Assembly (NCBI RefSeq): GCF_036321535.1
Contig: NC_087438.1
Span: 12,030,001-12,094,000 of the forward strand
Direction: 5' to 3'
DNA length: 64,000 bases
From: Camelus dromedarius
Taxonomy: Eukaryota
A model generated the notes under the pieces. It had not been told where the DNA came from. It was given only the letters and a program-made list of their open reading frames with translations, and searched no databases. Position numbers and translations under genes: made by a program. How positions within the stretch are numbered: position 1 is the first letter of the stretch; every line of letters starts with the position of its first letter. Positions 1 through 13,811 of this stretch are shown one piece after another.

Positions 1-1129
1 CAGTCTTTCCTCTTTCAGTTTACTGAGGACCTAGATTGGACGTTCCTGTTTTGACCCCTAATCAATTTCAGATCCATTTCTCAATTTAAAAATACAAATT
101 TCTTCTTCATTTAAAGATCCTCTCAATTACTGAGTTTTCATTACATATTCCAAGTATGGTGCATCCATTAAAAGCCCTTTAAAGGAAATGATTTCATGCC
201 AACTTAGCCCCAGGAAAACGCACAATTTATTCAAAATAAACATCCATTTCTGACTTGGGGATATTTAGCTTGATAAGCTTTGGAGTTCAGTTCGTTTTCT
301 TTCCAGCGCAGATGACTCCTGAGTCATGACTGAAAATATCACTCGTTTTAATAAAGGCAACAACTGATCAAAAAAAAAAAAAACCCACAAACATCAAGGA
401 AAAGATCCTTTAAAATGTGTTTTCAGTGGAAGTAAAAATACTATTCAAAAGCTAAAAGTGGGACTTTAAGAGAAAATACTGAAAGCACTCCTTGCACTTT
501 AAATGACATTAGACGGCTCTGAAAGTTATAGTTTAAAAATACTCTCCAAGAACACAAGCCAAATGACTGCAGGATTATAAGTTCTCTCTCCCAGTTGTTC
601 AGGTATTAAAAACAGGCACAAGTAAGAATAGCCTTCAAAAAAATGAACACAGCACAGGAGTGATGCAATCTCCCCCAGGACGGGTACACCACCATGGACT
701 TTTTCCTCCTTTTCTGAAATAGCTCTAAATAATGTTGTTTCCCTCATTCCCCTCCTTCCTGCACACTCCTTCCTCTCTAAAAAAAATTTAAAAGGAAACA
801 TGATGACTAAAATGACATGTGAAGGGCACATTCTTGGGTTCCTCCTTTAGAAGCAATGCTCTTGCTGCTGGAGGCGCCGAGGCTGCCTAGAATCCAGCCT
901 CCCCAGCAGGCATTCCAGCACTTGCAGAGTTATCTCACACTATCTTTAATTTTCCAGGAGAGATTTATGGATGATAAGCAAAGCCAGTCACCTGCCTGGG
1001 TCCGCCTCTCCCCCAGACATCATCCTGCCCCCTAGAGACAGCCTAGACTCTCCTTGCAAGTTCTACACAGCAACCAAGCAGCACGGACCAAGCAGGACTG
1101 CCCTGTCATGGGCCTCTTCCCCTCCTCTC

Positions 1130-1789
1130 TACATACCGAGCAGGACCCTGCAGGGCCTTCCCAGGATGGAACCCTCCCCACATTCTCCGCTGTAGCTCCT
1201 CTCTGAAGTACTCAGATAACAGGATCTCATGCATGTTTCCTGAGTTTTTCAGATGCTGAAAACCACCACCAAAGGGAAGAAATTAACTACTTGATGATCA
1301 AGAGCCCGTGGCCAATGGACCTTCTGGCGCCTAGGGGTTGACAGTGTTGACCGCCCTGTTCCCTCCACATCAACCGGTCAGAGAATTGTGCACACAAGAG
1401 CTGATCACATTACCTGCGACCCCTCTCCCTTACCTGGACTTAAAATATGCTTTTCTGAGAAGAGGGGGCCATAATAGCTCAGTGGTAGAGTACATGTCTA
1501 GCATGCATGAGGTCCTGGGTTCAATCCCCAGTACCTCCATTTAAAAAATTAAGTAAATAAATAAATAAACAAACCTAATTACCTCCTCCCTTCAAAAAAT
1601 AAGTAAAATAAAAATTTTAAATATATGCTTTTCTGAAACCCTTGGGGAAGTTTGGGGTTTTCCTGGGCATGAGCCACCCCATCCTCTTTGCTCAACCCTG
1701 TAATAAACCTTTCTCTGCTCCCATCTCCGCCATTTTCAGTTTGTTTGGCCTCACAGTGCAACAGGCAAACAAAATTATGTTCAGTAACA
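1130..1789 (+). mobile_element. Solo ERV LTR (ERV1-like), interrupted by a SINE
   Basis: LTR-like composition with an AATAAA signal (~1702-1707) and a ...cagtaaca terminus. Sequence reads continuously once the SINE and one TSD copy are removed. 5' boundary approximate. Confidence 0.6.
1460..1622 (+). mobile_element. tRNA-derived SINE, camelid Vic-1 type
   Basis: Pol III A box (tagctcagtggtaga), B box (gggttcaatccc), A-rich tail with aacctaattacctcc. 15-bp TSD atatgcttttctgaa at 1445-1459 and 1623-1637. Confidence 0.9.
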
Positions 1790-1829
1790 TTTATCCTGAA
1801 AACAAAACCACACAAGAGAAAAGCGAGCT

Positions 1830-2300
1830 GCTCACTATTCACAACAGCCAAAAAGTGGAAACAATCTAAATGTCCATCAACTGATGACTAGAGAAGGAAA
1901 ACTGTCGGATATCCAAATAATGGAATATTATTCAGCCATGAAAAGCAATGAAGTGCTGAAAGGTGCTACAACCAGATGCCCCTTGAAAACATCACACCAA
2001 GTGAAAGAAGCCAGGCACAATAAGGCCACATATTGTATGGTTCCATTTGACTTATATGAAATATTCAGAGCAGGGAAAGCCCACAGAGACACAGAGCAGA
2101 TTAGTGGCTGCCAGGAGCTGGGGGAGAGGAGCAGGGGAAGTGATTACGGGATTACAATTATGGGGTTTCCTTTTAGGGCTGATGAAACATCTGCAACTAG
2201 ACAGTCGTGATGGCAGTACAACATTGTGAAGGGACTGAAAGTCACTCGTGGTAAATTTTACATGATGTGTATTTTTCTGCAATAAAAAAAAATTTAAACA
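1830..2300 (+). mobile_element. Old L1 (L1M-type) 3' end
   Basis: ctattcacaacagccaaaaagtggaaacaatctaaatgtccatcaactgatga...atggaatattattcagcc, ending in an A-rich tail. Confidence 0.8.
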
Positions 2301-2892
2301 ACAAGAACAAAAAAACAACCTGCTGCTTTTCCTGGTTCCTGTTTAATTTCTTTCCATTCATTCAACAGCAATATTTTCTGACATGTGGTCCCCACGGCCC
2401 ACCTCCCTTTACTCAGTCTTCATCTCATCCTTAAGCACCTGAATTGATGTTTTTAATCCAAAAGCCCTCCTCTTCCTCCATATAAACAAAAGCATGGACA
2501 ACTACTTAGAAAGGTCTCTACAAACATTTTAATGCCATACAGTGACTTTTCAGTGCTCCTAGAACACAGTTTACAGCCTCCTCCTTGAAACACAGTCTGG
2601 CCGTGGCTTCCAAGTGCAGCATCTTCAGGACTCTGCTGGACCACCTTGACCTCGTGTTTCCTTTTCAAGCCCTCTTATTCCCCCCTTGCAGTGAAGCCTC
2701 CTCCCAGGCCACCCTGAGCTCCTCAACTCGCCCACCCTGCCCAGCCTCACTCTAAACCTCTTCGTTTCAGGACGCAGTTCTCTCACATACGGGGGTCAAA
2801 CTGCATTTCCTTGGTGGATGGAGACGTGAGTTGGCAAACCCACCCTTGGCATTTTCAGACGAAGCTGGTTCCTTCTTCTCAGAAGGAACACT

Positions 2893-3340
2893 ACATAAAT
2901 TTCCTATTGCTGCTACGCGAATTATCAGATGAGTGGCTTAAGGCCACACAGATTTGTAGTCTTACGGTTCTGGTGATCAGAATCTAAAATGCGTCTGCGG
3001 GGCTGCATTCTTTTCAGAGGCTTTGCAGGAGGATCCGTTTCCTTGGCTCTTCCAACTTCTAGAGGCTGCCTGAGTTCCCTGACTGGAGGCCCCCAAGCTC
3101 CATCTTCAAAGTCAATGGCACCTTCTCTTCTCTCTGACCGCCTGCCTCCCTCCCATAAAGACCCTTGTGATCACACGGGCCCACCTGGACAATCCAGGAT
3201 CACCTCCCCACCTGAGAGATGCTTAACTTAACCACATCCGCAAAGTCCCCTTAGCCATGTTACGATCAGAATCGCAGGTCTGGGCGTTAGGAGGCAGACA
3301 TCTTTAGGTGGGGGGGGGGGGGGATTGTTCGGTCCACCAC
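2893..3340 (-). mobile_element. MaLR LTR (MLT1 family)
   Basis: tttcctattgctgct...gtggcttaa...ccaacttctagaggctgcc...taaagacccttgtgatcac...ccaccaca, the reverse of the MLT1 consensus as recalled. Confidence 0.8.
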
Positions 3341-4059
3341 ACACACACCCCAAGGTCCCGAGGACAGGCTTTGGCCGCCCTTTCTTTTGTACACATTTCT
3401 AACAAGCGGGGAGCTTTGTCCTCAATGTTTCACAGGTCAGTGGTTGATCTAGAAGCAAACAACTCACAAGCAGTCTTCTCTCCATGCAATCGCAAATTAA
3501 GCAATTTTCTGGGATTCAAGAACACTGTGGGAGGGAAAAACCCACGTGCTTCCATTCATTCCCAAGAGTGGAAAAAGTTCCAAGTCAGAGGCCAGTGAGG
3601 GAAGACGACTTGAGAGAGCACAGAATGAAGAACATTCAGAAGATTTCTTAAGACACTGGGTAGAAATAATCAATAAAAGGTGATACACTCAAAACACTAC
3701 TGAGTTCTTAGAGGCCTCGAACATCAGTGTTTCTAAACTGAGAAGTAGAGGTGTCGGTCACTGTTTTGTGCCCTTTGTCTGTGAAATTCCTCCCCACCAG
3801 CCCGTGGGGTTATTCTCCTGTGATGTATCTTAGTCCTTGTTCATTTCTTCACCCCTCCTAGATTAAAATGTGTGTGTAACCAGGCATATCTGTGTACAGA
3901 TACAGATGTGACTTTAATTGGATCCTCTCATTGTAACTGGATTGATACTGATGTCTTTGCCCTGCTGAAATGTGCACGTACAAGAACACAAGTGCCAGGA
4001 GGCTGGGTTTCAATTCTGTAATTTTCAGCATCTCCAAACCGTTCACAGCCCAGCTCCCC

Positions 4060-4078
4060 CACGCCCTCTAGTGGCGGC
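4060..4078 (-). promoter_or_regulatory. CTCF motif
   Basis: Minus strand GCCGCCACTAGAGGGCGTG fits the CCASYAGRKGGCRS core with CpGs retained. Confidence 0.6.
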
Positions 4079-5934
4079 CAGCACTAGATAGAACGCTGCC
4101 AGGCGTACAAGGAAATCATTCTAAAATTGCTGTCAGAGTCTAATATGGGTGCAGATTTTATAGACGTTTTCAAATACACAGTAATCTGCCTAAGAAAACT
4201 ATTCACTTGGTGTGTTAGGAATTTACCCGTTTTCTCTTTGTGATTTTTGTACTGTCCTACAGTAAACTCAGAAACTCACAGAAGCGATGGACAGTCTGGT
4301 AAAAAGCGCCCCAGAGTCCAATGAAAAGAGAGCATATAAACAAATTATGGTAGATGTACAAGATGGAATATTACACAGAAGCCGAAAAACCTGAATGAAC
4401 CACAGCTATACACAGCAACATGGATTAATCTTTCAAAAAAGATTTAGTATTTTAGGACACAAATTCTAGAAGATTACATAAATATGATGCCATTTTTTGT
4501 GTGTGCGGTAATTATTTTTATTGCCATTTCTTTTTTTTTTAACATGGCACCATTTTTATAGACCTCAAGAACTTTTTATTTAGGAATGCACATATATGTA
4601 ATTTAAATATATATGTATATTTACACACATTTACATATATGTGTATATGCACAGATATATATTTTTTAAAGCAAAGGAACGAAGAGCACAGATATCAGGA
4701 CCACGCTCGCTTTTGGCCTGGGGAGGCAGCGCGAGAGGATGAGGAAGATCCAACAGCATCAGTCCTGGTTGCGGGAAAGGTTGATGTGTATTTATTTTAT
4801 TATAGTATCTACAACTTATGTGTATGTTACATACATTCTTCAATATATCAGATATGATCATTGAAAGATAAATGAGGAATATGTGTGCGTAGGTAGGTTG
4901 CTAGATTGATAGGGGACAGATGGACAGCTGATAGCTGGAAAGACAGACAGACAAGACAGACCGACAGAACCCAGGAGTGAGGTATTCACAGTGTCTTCTC
5001 AGGTTCATTCTTGTTTGAATTGTCCAAAAACTATAGCTTGGGGCAAAAGGATCGAGATCTAAACCTTACTCTGGATGATACAAAGAGTTTCCAAAGCTTA
5101 CTTAAATAAGCTTTCTTGGGGTGTACCCACATCAGAACCCTAGGCCCTTCACCTGCTGCCGAGCCTCAGAAAGGAAGGATTTAAGAACTTGTATCCCACC
5201 CCTCGAACATCACTTGACCTTGGAAATGCATTATTTTAACTGATTACTTAAAAATACATTAATAATTTTCCTTCACCCCAATCTTACAAGGCTCAGTATC
5301 AAGCGACTCTTGGGCTGGTTGGGGCTCCCTTGTAATGTCTCTGACCAGTTCCTGAGGCTCCCGCCTCTCTTTTGAGCCCCGCTGCTTCTCTGGTCTTGGG
5401 CCCTGACCTGTTTCCAAAGCCTCGGCCGGGCTGGTCTCCTCGTAACCAGAGCCCCATTTCTGGCCAGCAGCCCAGGAGCCAGAGCCCTGGCCCTTACGTG
5501 GACTGAACACCTGCCGCAGTGTGTCACTTCCCACACCACAGTCACAGGCCTCAGCCCACCTGGTGGGACTCTTTCCCCTTCACTGAGTATCTCTTGTCTC
5601 TCTTCATGTTAAAGCCCACTCATGCTTATTATAGACAAACATGCAATAAGGATTAAAACAATCCAGTAAACAAAAGCCACCGAATTCCCCTCACACAGAA
5701 CTCCCAGGCATGTACCAACATACAACTGTGATGTACGGTGACTTACACCTCCCCGCACCTACTTTAAATCCACAATTTTTGTGTACAATTAGCAGTAAAG
5801 GATACATTTTCATACCCTTAAACATTCTCTTACCCCACAGTCTTAATTAGCTACATAATGTCCATTATTCCAGTCACTACAGTTGCATTAAAAAAAAAAA
5901 ACTTATTGGTATAAAACAAAAATCACCCTCATCT

Positions 5935-6320
5935 AGAACTCCTGCCTCAGGGCCTTTGCACTTGCTATTTCCTCTGCCTAGAAGCTCTGCATCCAGACAC
6001 GATTCACCATCTCACCTCCTTCAAGTCTTTGCTCAAAAACCCTTCTTCAGTCGGGTCTTTCCTGAGCCCTTTATTACATCCTGACCCTCCCCGCCCACCC
6101 TCACACCCTCTGATGCCCTCTCCTGTTTAGTTTCCCTTACACATGGTTCACCATCTAACATTAGGTATTGTAGTCATTTATTTTCTGGCTCGCTCACTAG
6201 AATGTGACCTCCACGAGGACCAAGTTGCTTGTGTGTTGTTGCTTTTTTTTTCTTCCATAAATGCCCAGAAATACTGGCAATAAAGGCATTCAATAAATAT
6301 TTGTTGAAAGGATGACTCAA
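5935..6320 (+). mobile_element. L2 3' end
   Basis: cagggcctttgcacttgctatttcctctgcctaga...ctagaatgtgacctcc...cattcaataaatatttgttgaa. Confidence 0.8.
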
Positions 6321-6535
6321 CAAATACAGATATAATTTTACAAAAAGACTGGAAAAGGTAAACAAAACTGAAAGCGAGTTTAATTTCTAGGTGATGGGTT
6401 TACAAGAGATTTGAGTTTTCTTCTCTATAATTAGTTTCCTAGGTGAGCATGTATTACTTTTAAAATTAGGGGAAAAAGTTATGTTTCAAATGCCACTAGG
6501 CAAATAAGACTATAAATAATGTTTGGGAGCAATAA

Positions 6536-6586
6536 AGAGAGAGAGAGAGAGCGACAAAGAAAAAGAGAGACAAACAGAGAGACAGA
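6536..6586. repeat. GA-rich simple repeat
   Basis: (GA)n followed by degenerate GA/GACA units. Confidence 0.75.
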
Positions 6587-7342
6587 AATCTTCAACTACC
6601 TGTGAAGTCTTAATTTATCATCAAACAATCACAACATAGGCCAGGGCAAGTTAAGAGGAACGTCCAGTTACTAGTAATTCTTCTTTCTCTGGTCATTTGA
6701 ATTTATTGAAGCAAGAATGCTATTAGGTAACACCTAATTAATCTAGCTTAATTATTTTATATATTTACAAGTGAACTAGATTTTCAAATTCTTAATAATG
6801 CAAGATCCAGTGCTTCATTAAATCTAAAAAGCCAGGAGGCTGAGAGAATCTGAAAACATGGGTTAAAACGATCAGAGGTGGAATTTTCGTTTCTTAGTAA
6901 GTGGCTGCAGGCACCCACGGCGTTGCCACAGGAAAGGGCAACGTACACACACTTTTAATTATGCAACGACGAAGCAGCTCTAAAATAACGGGGGAGAAGA
7001 AGGTGATTGAACTCATGTTAAATCAGATTATGGAATTACATCAACTTAAAGGAATGTCCAAAATTATCAACAATAAAAATTACAAATACAATATTGGGTG
7101 CTTTGCACTTAGGAGCCTTGAGTATTAAGTCATTTAGGGTCACCTAAGGGCTGCTGCTGCCAGACTCACGAAGAGCCTGACCTAAGGTTTTCTGGCCACA
7201 TTCTGACTTGATAAATCTGCTCGAATACAAGGAGAACATGTTACACGTGAAAGGTACACACAGCCAGGAACTAGCAATTTATTTACCACCCTGTCAATGA
7301 AGCCAGTGGGCTATGAAAAGTACTTCCTGTTTCATTTTATTT

Positions 7343-7521
7343 ATTTTATTGAGGTATAGCTGCTGTGCAATATTATATAAGTTATAGGTGTATAACGTAG
7401 TGATTCACAATTTTTAAAGGTTATACTCCATTTATAGCTGTTACAAAACATTGGCTATATTCCCTGTCTTGCACAGTATATCCCTGTAGCTTATTCGTTT
7501 TATACATAATAGTTCGTACCA
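7343..7521 (-). mobile_element. Short L1 3'-end insertion with TSD
   Basis: ttgaggtatagctg...ttggctatattccctgt. Flanked by cct[g/a]tttcattttattt at 7326-7342 and 7522-7538. Confidence 0.8.
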
Positions 7522-9955
7522 CCTATTTCATTTTATTTTTAAAGCTTCAAGAAATCTATCAGTTGCTGTTGTGAAGTTGCATGTCAGTTTCAGGGAGGGC
7601 TTTTAGCTTGACTCCTGAGAGAAGAGAACAGTCTTTAAATGCCTAGCAGGAAGTATTTTTGAAAATTCAGTTTTTTTTCCATAGGGACACCGATGGGGAA
7701 GAAGTAAGAAGCAGAACTATCCCTCTCGTTGTCCTCAAACAGCTTTCAAAACTGCTTGTAGTCCTTTGTTGCATACTTGTCTTCAACTGGTCTGATTTTC
7801 AAAGAACGGCTTTAAGAAATGAACACAACAGATTGGAATCCGGATGAAGAACTTTGAGAAACTTGCGGACCACATCTCGGCAGCTCTGGCTAAGAGCTCA
7901 CCATCTCTCAGTGGCTGAATTGGGTCCTGTTCTTCCAGAGAGAGAGGAATAAAAGGGCTTTGACTCGCCACTGTGCAGTATATGACTACAGCACTGTGCT
8001 CAGTTATTATTTTTGAAAAAAGGAATAAATGGCCTATTCGGATTTCTATGCTGGCAGATAGAGACTTTCACAGGGCTGCTTGGCCTCCAGGCAGGCGTGG
8101 ACATCCTCAGCCCAAGGCTCACCCAAGCTCAGATACACACGTAAGCTAAAATCCAGCATATTCCGAATTTAAGTGAATATTTTTTTCCCTAGGAAAATAA
8201 TTTGTTCATTGAATCCAATCAAATGTATCCTTCATACCACAACTTTCTTTTAAAACTCATGGCAATGTGCCCCACCCCAACTACAATTCTGGCCCAAATT
8301 CAACTAAAAAATACAGCTTCCAAATAGATTGCCTTAATAGAAAGGTGACAAAATACAAGTTACAAGGTAATTTTTAGACACTTTTGAAAACACTAAAACT
8401 GTAAAATCTAGTAGTTTCAATGCATGAGTCAGAATTGTTGCTGTGCTTAATATTAACAGCAAAGAAGGAAAGAAAACTTCTTAAGCTACCAAGTGACTAT
8501 TTTATGCTTCTTACTTGGTAATTCATCCTGTCTGTAAAATTTTGATAAGTATGATGATTCATAAATATAGAAAATGCAGTTTTCACACTAAATTCTATTC
8601 CTCAGAGGAGACAACTTAGCAAATGCTAGATGACTTTTCACTTTTAACCGAGGCATAATGTTGTGCTCAAGGATTTAATTAATTAGACAGCTCTTACTTA
8701 ACAAATGAGCCAATTTGTTCTGGGCCTGTGAGCTGGGGCACGCTCAGGGCTTGGGTTTACAACCAACAATTCTTGGCTCCTTTTCTCCGGGGGAGAAAAA
8801 GGGAACCAGCTAGAACGCTTTGACTGGCAGTTATCTGGAAGTTAGTAAGACAAAAGTGCATTTCATCTCACGAAGAAGTTGGGCCACAGAATGCCTCTCC
8901 TGAGGACAGGAGAGAGAGGGAGAGAGAGCGCTCAGAGTAGGAGGCCTGGGGTTTTACTAAACTGGAGGCAAAAAGCCCGCAGCTCTCGCTAATCCCTGCC
9001 GGCTCTAGAAAGACTGCCTCTGCTAATTCTCTGCCGTGCTCCTCAAGGCAGCTCAAGGTGAGGCAAAGTAGATCCGATGCGTCAGTCACATCCTTGGAAA
9101 GCCACGCCCCACCTCTGTGAAGGCCACCTGGCCGAGGCACCGGGACTCCTACTAAAACATCCCAGAGCTCTCTTAATCCTCAAAATCTTTGCTGTTTTGT
9201 ATTTTCTGTAAATTGACACTGAACACTAAAACAAGATTTATGATGCGAGCAGCTCCTTAATCTGAGTTACAATGTACAAAACTACTAAAGAACTAGGGAA
9301 AGACACTTGGAATGACTGGTACACGTGTAAGTAAAGTATTTCTTTCTAATTTATACCTATTTAGAAAAACAGGCCAAACTGAAGCCAATTTTATGTTTTT
9401 AAAGTACAATGTGCACAGTTTCTCCTTTGTTAACGGAGGGTTTCATTCAGTCAGCTGCCAGTCACATGAGAAATCAGAGCCATGATGATACGACAGATCA
9501 CGTTCCACCCTGATTCGAGGAAGGGGTCAGAGAAGATGTTAATTTGGTTCGGCTGACAGACTGCTGTATAAATCCTGTTCAGATTGCAGTCAGTGCTTAC
9601 TGTTTATTAAAGAAAAAGGTCCAGCACAAGCCCTTCTCAGGACTTACCCACTGAGAATCACATTTGCACAAAATGAACTTTCCAGGTGCAAAAATTGACA
9701 TGTGAATGGCATCTGATTAAAATTATCCAATTTTTATTGCTGATGACAGCAGAAATTCGATGCTGGCTTTACTGTCATTTGCTAGTTAGCATGTTAAACA
9801 TTTACAAGTCCCTTTAGCATACATATGCACCACCATCTTCATGCTGAATTTTGGAGGAAATACTTTAAGCTTCGCTGAGAAAAGTAAATTTTCCCAGAGT
9901 CTATGAAATAAGCCATTAGGACTGTAGGAAGGAAAAGAATTCCTCTTCTTTTCTG

Positions 9956-10705
9956 GTTTTATGGAGATATAATTGACATATAACATTGTATAAGTTTAAG
10001 GTGTCCAATAGGATGATCTGATAGACGTACATATTGCAAAATGATTATCACAATGGGCAATTAACTGGTCCTTCACCTAATCACCATTTTGGTGTGGTGG
10101 TGGCGAGAACATCTAAGGTCTGCTGTCTTAGCAACTTGCAAGCAAACAATACAATACTGTTAGCCACAGACCCCAGGCTGTACATTAGATCCCCAGGACC
10201 CACCACCCTTATAACTGGAGGCTTGAGCCCTTTAACCAGCATCTCCTCATTTCCCTCATTCCCCAGTCTCTGGCGATACCAATCTACTCTGTTTTTTTGT
10301 GAGCAACTTTTTTAGATTCCACATATAAATGAGATCACACAGTATTTGTCTTTCTGCGTCTGACTTATTTCACTTAGGATAACATCCTCCACGTTCATCC
10401 ACGTTGTCACAAACGGCAGAATTTCCTTCTTTTTTAACGGCTGAATAATATTCCAGTGTGTACAACGTTATCAACTCTACCAGGTCATCCATGGGTGGCT
10501 GCTGTGAGCAGTGCTGCGAGGAATGTGGCAGGCGCGGACATCTCTTCAGGACAGCAATTCCATTCCCTTCAGAGCTACATCCAGGAGTGGAATTACTGGA
10601 CCATACGAACATTTTATTTTTAATTTTTTGAGCAACCTCTATACTGTTTTCCATAGCGGCTGCACCAATTTACATTCCTACCCACAGTGCACAAGGGTTC
10701 CCTTC
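9956..10705 (-). mobile_element. L1 3' end (ORF2 tail + 3' UTR)
   Basis: gagatataattgacatataacattg...tagattccacatataaatgagatc...ttccatagcggctgcaccaatttacattcc. Confidence 0.85.
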
Positions 10706-13218
10706 GCAAAGAGCTGTTTTTTCATGTAAAAGCTCTACAATGACATTATGAAGGTATTAATGGTCCAATATTTCATCCACCTTTTGAACAGTGAACTTAA
10801 TGGCCCTTAAAGAAGCCCCACAGAGAGAAGGCCTGGTTCATTCTGAGGCTGAGCACAAACTACTAGCGCAATGGTGAGAACAGGAAAAAGTGGCCCTGGC
10901 TGACAGACCTGTGACTCCCAGCTCTACAGGCTGTGATGGGGGGCGAGGGGAGGAGGGGAAATGTTGATTTCTAAGTACCACCAAGTGACAGCGAGGTTTC
11001 TGAGCTAGGCGCCTCAGACCTCGGAAGTGAAGAGACCCTAACCCCACCTGCCTCATGTGAACAAAACAGCGTCCCTTTCTGCCTGCAAAGATCCTCCTAT
11101 CCATCACTGTATTTTATTCTCAAAATAAAATGGTTTGGAATTTTTCCATGTTAAAAACACAAGCACTAGCCAGTAGCAGACGCCAAGAATCACTGTAAAC
11201 AACATACCAAATCATCATCAAATAAATAAATACATACTTTAATTTCACATCTCCAATGTGATGAATAGAGACTGGAATGAAATTACATAATGGGAACTGC
11301 AGTGAAAAAATGTGGGAAAGTTTCTCTTCCAGCGTGGATTAAGTCACCTTGAAGAGGAACTGGCCAAACAGAAAGGTGAAAGGGTAGCAAATACGAAAAG
11401 AACAATAATCCCCCTCAAATCACATCAGTTTTCAGGGTTGGAAGGGATATTCGAGATGATTCTCTCTCTTCCCTCCTCACTCTGCACATAAGAAAAACTG
11501 AGGCCGAGGGGGGAATGAATCTGGCACGATCACTAGTTGCAGGGTTGGGACCAGGATGGAAAATTAGTTGCATCTGAATATCCATCTAGGTGATTCGAAA
11601 GTGAAGGAGGCCCCTCCTAAAAAGAAGCTATTTCCATGATCCTGGCTTCTCTGGGGACACCTGGGCGCCTTCCCAAAGGTGTGGAACAGTATCAATCTAA
11701 AAAAACAGCCGCATAATAAGAAGCTACTCACTTCCTGACCAAACCGAACGTTGGCAAAGTGAGAGCCTTGGTCCTGCGATGCTCACTCATAGCTAATACT
11801 TTTTCTTTCTCCAAACCTTTATCAAATATTCCAACAGTTTCTATGTTAAGAGAAAGTGCACAGTGGAAATTCTCCCAGGCAATTTGTCGCCACTTCAGAA
11901 GGGCTGTGGACGGCAAGGGGTCTGGGAGAGAAGGGGCAGTGACTTGAAGGGCGAATTGAGTGTCAGTAAATTGGAAAGAATACTGCGGCAAAGAGCTTCC
12001 AGAATTCCTGCGAAGTCATACTAGCTCATTTGGTCAAATCTTCCCCCAACCAGGATGAGGGAGCAAGCTCAGTTTCTTCACCTGACCAATGGGGAAGCTT
12101 AAAACACTTATCCAAGGAGGCCCAGTGTGTCGGCAGGGGCAGGACGGCCGTGCCTCCAGGCCGGGGGCAGGTCTGTGCCCAGAGGATCAGTTTCCCTCTT
12201 ACAGCCAATGTTTCCCTCTGCTGAGTCTCTTAGCAAGTTTACATTCTGCCCATGAAAATCTGGGCTCCAAAATGAGGGAAAACGCCAGCCGAAGTAAACT
12301 GGTCATAAATTTAGCCTTTACACCTGAAAGAAGCATTATTTCCACGAGCGCTGGTTTCAAGGGTACATTAGATAAAATATCAGGTTACAGTTTTTTTCAG
12401 GGATGTTTAAAGGCATTCCTTTGTCTCCTTTTTGAGCCTTCACCGCATGCTGTCCACCTGGAGGTAAGTCAAGCACCTAACCAGCCCTCTTTAAGTCGGA
12501 CAAGGAAATTTTTAAGGCAGAATTTAAACAAATAAATCACTATGAAAATTCACTTTACTGAAATAGTCGTCCTTATGTTTTCTTCACTTTCCCGCTTCTC
12601 ATGTGCACAGCTGGTGATGTGAAGTGTGGTCCTCACATCAACCGCCCCAGCTCTGTTCCCTTCCGGGGGGGGGGGGGGGACAGCAGCGTTACTTCGGATG
12701 GGGGACGGTAGAGAAGAAGGGAACTAATTTGCTCCTGGTGGGCAAGGAGCCCAGAGGCCAGCGGACATTCGCTGCCCCCTCACACCTGGGAGCCTCCCAG
12801 TGCCTCCCTGTGTCTCCCCCACCCCAGAGCCTTCTGAACTGGCAGCCTGGCTCACCTTCAGGAACGTTCCAGCAGAGTTCCGTAACTCGGTGTTGTCCCA
12901 TTCTCCCCTGGCTTACAGCAGTGTTGCTCACACCCCAAAATAAAGTCTGGAGGGAGGTCTCCCCTGAAATCACCCCCACCCTTCCTCCCAGTCCGCACCC
13001 ATCACGGGCCCAACGTAACAGCAAGACACGAACTATTTCCCAGAGCAAGTCCCAATTTTACCCTCGTCCTCAGTTAGGCTGTATTTGCCTTTATTTTCCC
13101 ACCCTTATAAACCACTGTTGTAAATCTTTTCACTAAAATATTATTTCAGGGATGCAGCTTGGTGGCGCGGTCACCTCCCCCACCCCGCTCACAGTAACGC
13201 TGAAAGAAAGTTCCCTAC

Positions 13219-13249
13219 CTTTCACTGAGGCTCCTCCACAGCTGTGCAC
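13219..13249 (-). CDS. RETREG1: RETREG1 coding exon 3 (31-nt small exon)
   Basis: Minus strand tttttacttcccctgcggcag|GTGCACAGCTGTGGAGGAGCCTCAGTGAAAG|gtaggg. Translates (G)AQLWRSLSE(S), continuing the frame from exon 2. Confidence 0.95.
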
Positions 13250-13734
13250 CTGCCGCAGGGGAAGTAAAAACGAAACATTAATGGTGGCATCTTCCTCTTG
13301 AGGCATTTCTCAACTTGTTCATTTAAAATGGCATGCTTAGATCTTTAGACTCCAGAAACCATCGAATCATACAGTGTTTACCTCTGGTCCATAACTCATT
13401 CAGGCAAACTGTCCAAAAACGTCCATCGAGATTCTGCTATACGCAAAACCCTTGGACAGGTACCACGGGAGACGGAGCATGACAGGACACGGGGTCCTGC
13501 CTCCGGGACTGCACTGAGCAGCGGGGCAGGCAGAACCTGCACCCAAGTAAATACGAACCACAGCAGGTGGTGTTGGAACTCTACAGGGAACATACGCCAC
13601 GAGAATTCCGGGAGGAGAGAACATGTGGCTGGTCAAGAAAGCACCAATCATACAGGTGGTATGTAAGGTGAGCTTTGACATGGTTCCCACCAGAGGGGAA
13701 TGGAAACAACTGTTACTGGAGAAAGGAGATTTTT

Positions 13735-13780
13735 TTCCATTTTTAAAAAAATGTAAGGTGTACAGTGAAGTCATTCAGTT

Positions 13781-13811
<31 letters not shown>

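Noticed and set aside
1465..1540. tRNA genes (also at ~22400-22470 and ~47370-47440)
   Set aside because: tRNA-like heads are followed by SINE tails and, in two cases, clear TSDs, and the stems are degenerate. These are SINEs.
1..13218. RETREG1 exon 4 or the short-isoform first exon
   Set aside because: I found no segment encoding the expected WEVINSKPD... continuation, so these lie beyond the window.
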